Source of the DNA: Marinicella sp.
GTDB lineage: Bacteria; Pseudomonadota; Gammaproteobacteria; Xanthomonadales; Marinicellaceae
Direction of reading: 5' to 3'
Assembly (NCBI GenBank): GCA_965230295.1
Contig: OZ246001.1
Coordinates: 3,296,001-3,360,000, forward strand
Length of the DNA: 64,000 nt
Positions 60,012-64,000 of the stretch are shown here, piece after piece. Made by a program: the position numbers and the translations under genes. Under the pieces are notes generated by a model that saw nothing but the letters and a program-made list of their open reading frames with translations, made no database searches and was not told where the DNA came from. Numbering within the stretch: position 1 is the stretch's first letter; each line of letters starts with the position of its first letter.

Positions 60012-60853
60012 TTACAGGGTTATCAGGCGCAGGTAAAACTGTGGCACTGCGTTCAATGGAGGATATGGAGTTTTATTGTGTTGATAACTTACCAGTTAAT
60101 ATGTTGCAGCAATTCTCACAACACATCAGTTCTGATAAAGAGTTTTATCCCAAAGTGGCTGTGGGGATTGATATCAGAAGTAACAACAAAGACTTAAGTG
60201 CTTTTAAGGATTTAATTGCAAATATCGATCAAAGTGTACTGAATATAAAGGTAATTTTCCTATCAGCTGACCCCAAAACAGTTCTCAAGAGGTACTCAGA
60301 AACCAGACGAAGGCACCCATTATCAACAGATAATCATAAATACAGCCTGACAGAAGCGATCAAAATTGAAAATGAGTTGATGAGTGATTTTAAATTACAT
60401 GCTGACTTGATCATCGACACCAGCCAACTAAAGATTCAGCAACTCAAACAACAAATTTGGCAAATCATGAGTCAGCCCAATAAACACGTTTCTGTCATCG
60501 TTAAATCTTTTGCATTTAAGCGTGGCGTTCCTTTTGATGCTGATTTTGTATTTGATGCCCGTTGTTTACCCAATCCATATTGGCAGCATGAGTTGCGCAC
60601 ACAAACGGGACGTGATGAAGCTGTCAAAGAATTTTTAGGTCAGAAGCATATAGTCAAAGAATACTTGGATGATTTGTGTTTCTTTGCAAAGAAGTGGATC
60701 AGTCAATTCGAGGCCAATGACCGAAGCTATATCACCATTGCCATTGGATGCACAGGCGGTCAACATCGTTCAGTCTATTTGGTGGAAGCATTGCATGAGT
60801 TTTTAGAAAAAAAATCCATCAAGAATATGATGCAGCACCGGGAACTGAGTTGA
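59993..60853 (+). CDS. rapZ: RNase adapter RapZ
   Basis: ITGLSGAGKT, CVDNLP, RYSETRRRHPL, IGCTGGQHRSV. Confidence 0.96.
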   Translation: MQQLVIITGLSGAGKTVALRSMEDMEFYCVDNLPVNMLQQFSQHISSDKEFYPKVAVGIDIRSNNKDLSAFKDLIANIDQSVLNIKVIFLSADPKTVLKRYSETRRRHPLSTDNHKYSLTEAIKIENELMSDFKLHADLIIDTSQLKIQQLKQQIWQIMSQPNKHVSVIVKSFAFKRGVPFDADFVFDARCLPNPYWQHELRTQTGRDEAVKEFLGQKHIVKEYLDDLCFFAKKWISQFEANDRSYITIAIGCTGGQHRSVYLVEALHEFLEKKSIKNMMQHRELS

Positions 60854-61342
60854 TTAAGGTTCAACACCTGTTTTTTCATAAAAAATAAAATCAAACTCAA
60901 ATTCTTTGTTTTCGGCGGATATGGGGTTGTTGGTGATTCGATTGATTTTCCATTGCTGCCAATCTACTTTAGGGAAAAAGGTGTCACCTTCAAATGAAGC
61001 TTTAAGTTGGGTAAGTATCAATTGGTTGGCAAGGGGGAGCATCATGGTATATATCGCAGCACCGCCAATGACCATAATCTCATCTTCATCTTTAATTAAT
61101 TCCAGTGAATCAATGACTTCAAAGCCTTTCCTGGCAAAGTTTCTATTGCGACTTAATACGATGTTCCTGCGCTTGGGTAAGGCGAAGGGTAAAGACTCGC
61201 AGGTTTTACGACCCATTAATAGCGTCTTCCCCATGGTTTGTTGTTTAAAAAACTTCAGATCTGCTGGTAGGTGCCAAGGCAGATTATTGTCACAGCCAAT
61301 CAGTTGATTTTGATCCATGGCTGCAATCAAGGTTATTTTCAT
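60854..61342 (-). CDS. folA: Dihydrofolate reductase
   Basis: [24 protein letters not shown]. Confidence 0.96.
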   Translation of the reverse strand: MKITLIAAMDQNQLIGCDNNLPWHLPADLKFFKQQTMGKTLLMGRKTCESLPFALPKRRNIVLSRNRNFARKGFEVIDSLELIKDEDEIMVIGGAAIYTMMLPLANQLILTQLKASFEGDTFFPKVDWQQWKINRITNNPISAENKEFEFDFIFYEKTGVEP

Positions 61343-62133
61343 ACTGCCACAAGTCCTTTGATGTGTGGATGAGCTTGGTAGTTTACCAATTCAAAATCTT
61401 CAAATTTAAATGCAAACAAGTCCTTCACGTCAGGATTAATTTTCATTTGCGGTAATTCATAAGTTGAGCGACTCAGTTGTTCATTGATTTGGTCCATGTG
61501 ATTGCTGTAGATATGTGCATCACCAAAAGTATGAACAAAGTCTCCAGCCTCTAAATCACACACTTGTGCCATCATCATGGTGAGTAGGGCATATGACGCA
61601 ATGTTGAATGGTACACCGAGGAAGACATCTGCACTCCTTTGATACAGTTGGCATGACAGTTTGTTGTTGGCGACATAGAATTGGAATAAACAATGACAGG
61701 GAGGCAAAGCCATGTCATCAACTTCTGCAACATTCCAGGCACTGACTATATGTCTTCTTGAATCGGGTTTGGTTTTTATTTGCTCAATCAGAAGTTTAAT
61801 TTGGTCGACAGTTTGGCCATTCGGAGTTGGCCATGACCTCCACTGGTGCCCATAAACGGGTCCTAAATCACCATTTTCATCGGCCCATTCATCCCAAATT
61901 CTAACGCCATTTTCTTTCAAATACTTGATGTTGGTATCGCCAGCAATGAACCACAGCAATTCGTGAATGATGGATTTGAGGTGAAGTTTTTTGGTCGTCA
62001 ATACTGGAAAACCTTGCTGCAAATCAAAGCGCATTTGATACCCAAAAACACTCGTGGTTCCGGTGCCGGTGCGGTCAGATTTTTCGACACCGTGATCAAG
62101 TATATGTTGGGCAAAATTTAAGTACTGGCGCAT
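61339..62133 (-). CDS. thyA: Thymidylate synthase
   Basis: [26 protein letters not shown]. Confidence 0.98.
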   Translation of the reverse strand: MRQYLNFAQHILDHGVEKSDRTGTGTTSVFGYQMRFDLQQGFPVLTTKKLHLKSIIHELLWFIAGDTNIKYLKENGVRIWDEWADENGDLGPVYGHQWRSWPTPNGQTVDQIKLLIEQIKTKPDSRRHIVSAWNVAEVDDMALPPCHCLFQFYVANNKLSCQLYQRSADVFLGVPFNIASYALLTMMMAQVCDLEAGDFVHTFGDAHIYSNHMDQINEQLSRSTYELPQMKINPDVKDLFAFKFEDFELVNYQAHPHIKGLVAV

Positions 62134-62175
62134 AAAAAAACCTTGTTATAAATGCAGTAATTATAACAAGGTTTT
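62134..62175 (-). terminator. Terminator-like hairpin abutting the thyA start codon
   Basis: 15-bp stem AAAACCTTGTTATAA/TTATAACAAGGTTTT; T7 tract runs directly into ATG. Confidence 0.65.
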
Positions 62176-62196
62176 AAATTTTATTGATTCAATTAA

Positions 62197-63498
62197 TCAG
62201 GCAGTTAACAGTTTTTGTACGATATTCCTGTTGTTGAAGCTGCTGATGATTTCATCCACATTGATATCCAAGCTATCCGCTTTCAAAGCGCCTGTGATAC
62301 AAGGTCTTTCTTTGTTCGAAAACATGGCTTTCTTAGATAAGTCTATGAATTTAGGTTTTTCAAGTAATTGATCTTGGTTGTCTTTAACCAACAACACTTC
62401 AGGTTTCAAGCGTTTCTCTTTGTTGTGAGACAAAACCAACCCGGTTGAGCCATCAGACAACTGAACCACTGAGCCAGCAGGGTATAAACCAATGGCTTGA
62501 ATAAACTCATCAACCAATTTACCACTGAATAATTTATTGCGCTGTTTGAACAACCACTCCATGGCGTGTGATGAAGTATAAACTTTACCATAAGGTTTTT
62601 TACTGGTCATGGCGTCGAATGTGTCAACAATACCTGCAATCTGACCAAATGCAGGGATTTCATCGCCAACTAAACCGTATGGATAGCCACTGCCATCAAA
62701 TCGTTCATGGTGCGTTTCAGCTATAGTTAATATGTTGTGATCCAGTGTTTTGTCTTTGGCCAGCATTTCAACACCCAACTCAACATGTGATTCGAACATC
62801 TTGCGTTCTTCTGGGGTCAATGCTTCGTTTTTCTCAAGTAATTTGCGGCTCAGTTTGGTTTTACCAATGTCTGCCAGCAGCACACCTGAAACTAAAATTT
62901 CTAATTGCTCTTCTCTGATACCTAAGTGACGACCAAAAACAGCCGATAATATAGCTGATCGTAAAGAGTGACCATAAATGTATTGGCCTTTTTCTTTTAA
63001 TTGGGTCAACCAAACCAAAGTATTTGGGTTGCGAATAACAGAGCTGACCACTTGTGAGGCAATTTGTTTGGTTTTCTTGATGTTTAAACCTTTGCCAACA
63101 CGCAGATTAAAACTGGTTTCTTCAATGGCTGTGTTTAAATCAATCATTAAGTTATGGGCAGGACCAAATTCTTTCTTGATTGGTTTTAATGCTTGGGTGT
63201 AGTAATCATGCTTTACAACAAAAGGTTTAATTCGGCCGCGGTACTTATTGCCAACTTCTTTTTTGCGAAGCAAAGGAGAAGGTTTGGAAATCTCAGTTTC
63301 GGTAGAAAGTGATTTACCTTTTTCAACATCAATATAAACGTGTTCACAGAAAGCTCTTAAATCTCTGATCTCATTTTTACTTCTGATGTAGAAACCTTGA
63401 AACGGGAATGGTGTATCAAGCCAAGATCTGTCAAGCTTGCACACATACATGCCAACCTTCAAAAACTTAACCGATATTTTTTCTTTTTCGATATTCAT
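62197..63498 (-). CDS. HD-GYP domain protein with N-terminal DUF3391-like domain
   Basis: LKVGMYV..LDRSWL.TPFPFQGF; LLADIGK; HHERFDGSGYP; DTFDAMTS. Confidence 0.9.
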   Translation of the reverse strand: MNIEKEKISVKFLKVGMYVCKLDRSWLDTPFPFQGFYIRSKNEIRDLRAFCEHVYIDVEKGKSLSTETEISKPSPLLRKKEVGNKYRGRIKPFVVKHDYYTQALKPIKKEFGPAHNLMIDLNTAIEETSFNLRVGKGLNIKKTKQIASQVVSSVIRNPNTLVWLTQLKEKGQYIYGHSLRSAILSAVFGRHLGIREEQLEILVSGVLLADIGKTKLSRKLLEKNEALTPEERKMFESHVELGVEMLAKDKTLDHNILTIAETHHERFDGSGYPYGLVGDEIPAFGQIAGIVDTFDAMTSKKPYGKVYTSSHAMEWLFKQRNKLFSGKLVDEFIQAIGLYPAGSVVQLSDGSTGLVLSHNKEKRLKPEVLLVKDNQDQLLEKPKFIDLSKKAMFSNKERPCITGALKADSLDINVDEIISSFNNRNIVQKLLTA

Positions 63499-63692
63499 GT
63501 TACTCAAACAATTATTATAGTTATGCCCAGTGTTGATATTAACACGGTTTTAAAAGGTTTTGAGTGATGAAGTTCACATTTTTTACAAATCTGTGACTTT
63601 TTTTGTCACATTTTTGTGGAGAAGTTGCTTTTTTTGGGGATTACTGACAATTGATGTCAGGATTTGGGGGATTTTTACTTGCAATAAAAAGT

Positions 63693-63720
63693 ACACACCA
63701 AGCGGGTTTGCCTGGTGTGT
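63693..63720 (-). terminator. Terminator after rpsT
   Basis: ACACACCA...TGGTGTGT hairpin followed by a T tract on the minus strand. Confidence 0.6.
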
Positions 63721-63738
63721 GGACCGCTGCACAATGAA

Positions 63739-64000
63739 TTATTTCATTGCTTTAATTTTTGCATTCAAACGACTTTTATGTCTTGCGATTTTGTTTTTGT
63801 GGTACAAGCCTTTTCTGGCCACACCATCAACCACAGGAACCATCTCTTTGAACAGTTCTTGTGCAGCTGATTTATCACCACTTTCAATGGCCGTAATTAC
63901 TTTTTTCATTGATGTGCGTGCTTTTGAACGCAAGCTCATGTTATGCTGCCTACTTTTAACAGCCTGTCTAACGCGTTTTCTTGCAGATGCTGAATTTGCC
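63739..64000 (-). CDS. rpsT: 30S ribosomal protein S20 (start codon cut by window end)
   Basis: Frame extends to the window end: [25 protein letters not shown]...[12 protein letters not shown]. Confidence 0.97.
   Translation of the reverse strand, partial: ANSASARKRVRQAVKSRQHNMSLRSKARTSMKKVITAIESGDKSAAQELFKEMVPVVDGVARKGLYHKNKIARHKSRLNAKIKAMK

Noticed and set aside
63592-63610. TGTGA...TCACA as a canonical CRP site
   Set aside because: The spacer is 9 bp rather than 6; only the neighbouring 63563-63578 site fits

Overview
A 64 kb chromosomal window from a marine gammaproteobacterium. Gene content and the C-terminal IFKDGFD tails suggest a Marinicella/Wenzhouxiangella/Xanthomonadales-like lineage (inference). 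It is mostly housekeeping and envelope genes: a TetR-RND efflux unit, oadGAB, yghU, OsmC-YcaO, proA/proB, asmA, uvrB, thiI, murA-ibaG, yrbG-kdsD-kdsC-lptCAB-hpf-ptsN-rapZ, folA-thyA, an HD-GYP gene and rpsT, plus many secreted peptidases. I saw no rRNA, tRNA, CRISPR array, transposase or integrase. The most unusual items are: (1) a non-coding, modular, branched-hairpin element present twice (10605-11138 and 38366-38784). It has GNA-triloop caps, compensatory stem changes, a 199-bp module indel and a 28-bp VNTR. (2) Three unrelated secreted proteins share a C-terminal IFKD[G/N]FD tail, a candidate sorting or docking signal. (3) A coupled two-gene unit encodes an unknown HeH-like protein and a Zn-ribbon/alpha-beta-hydrolase/TM protein, and looks like an undescribed defence module. 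(4) A perfect 32-bp inverted pair of CGTC-type palindromes brackets a frameshifted foreign gene fragment. (5) rpoN is missing from its usual position between lptB and hpf. All family assignments come from motif recognition by eye; no searches were run.
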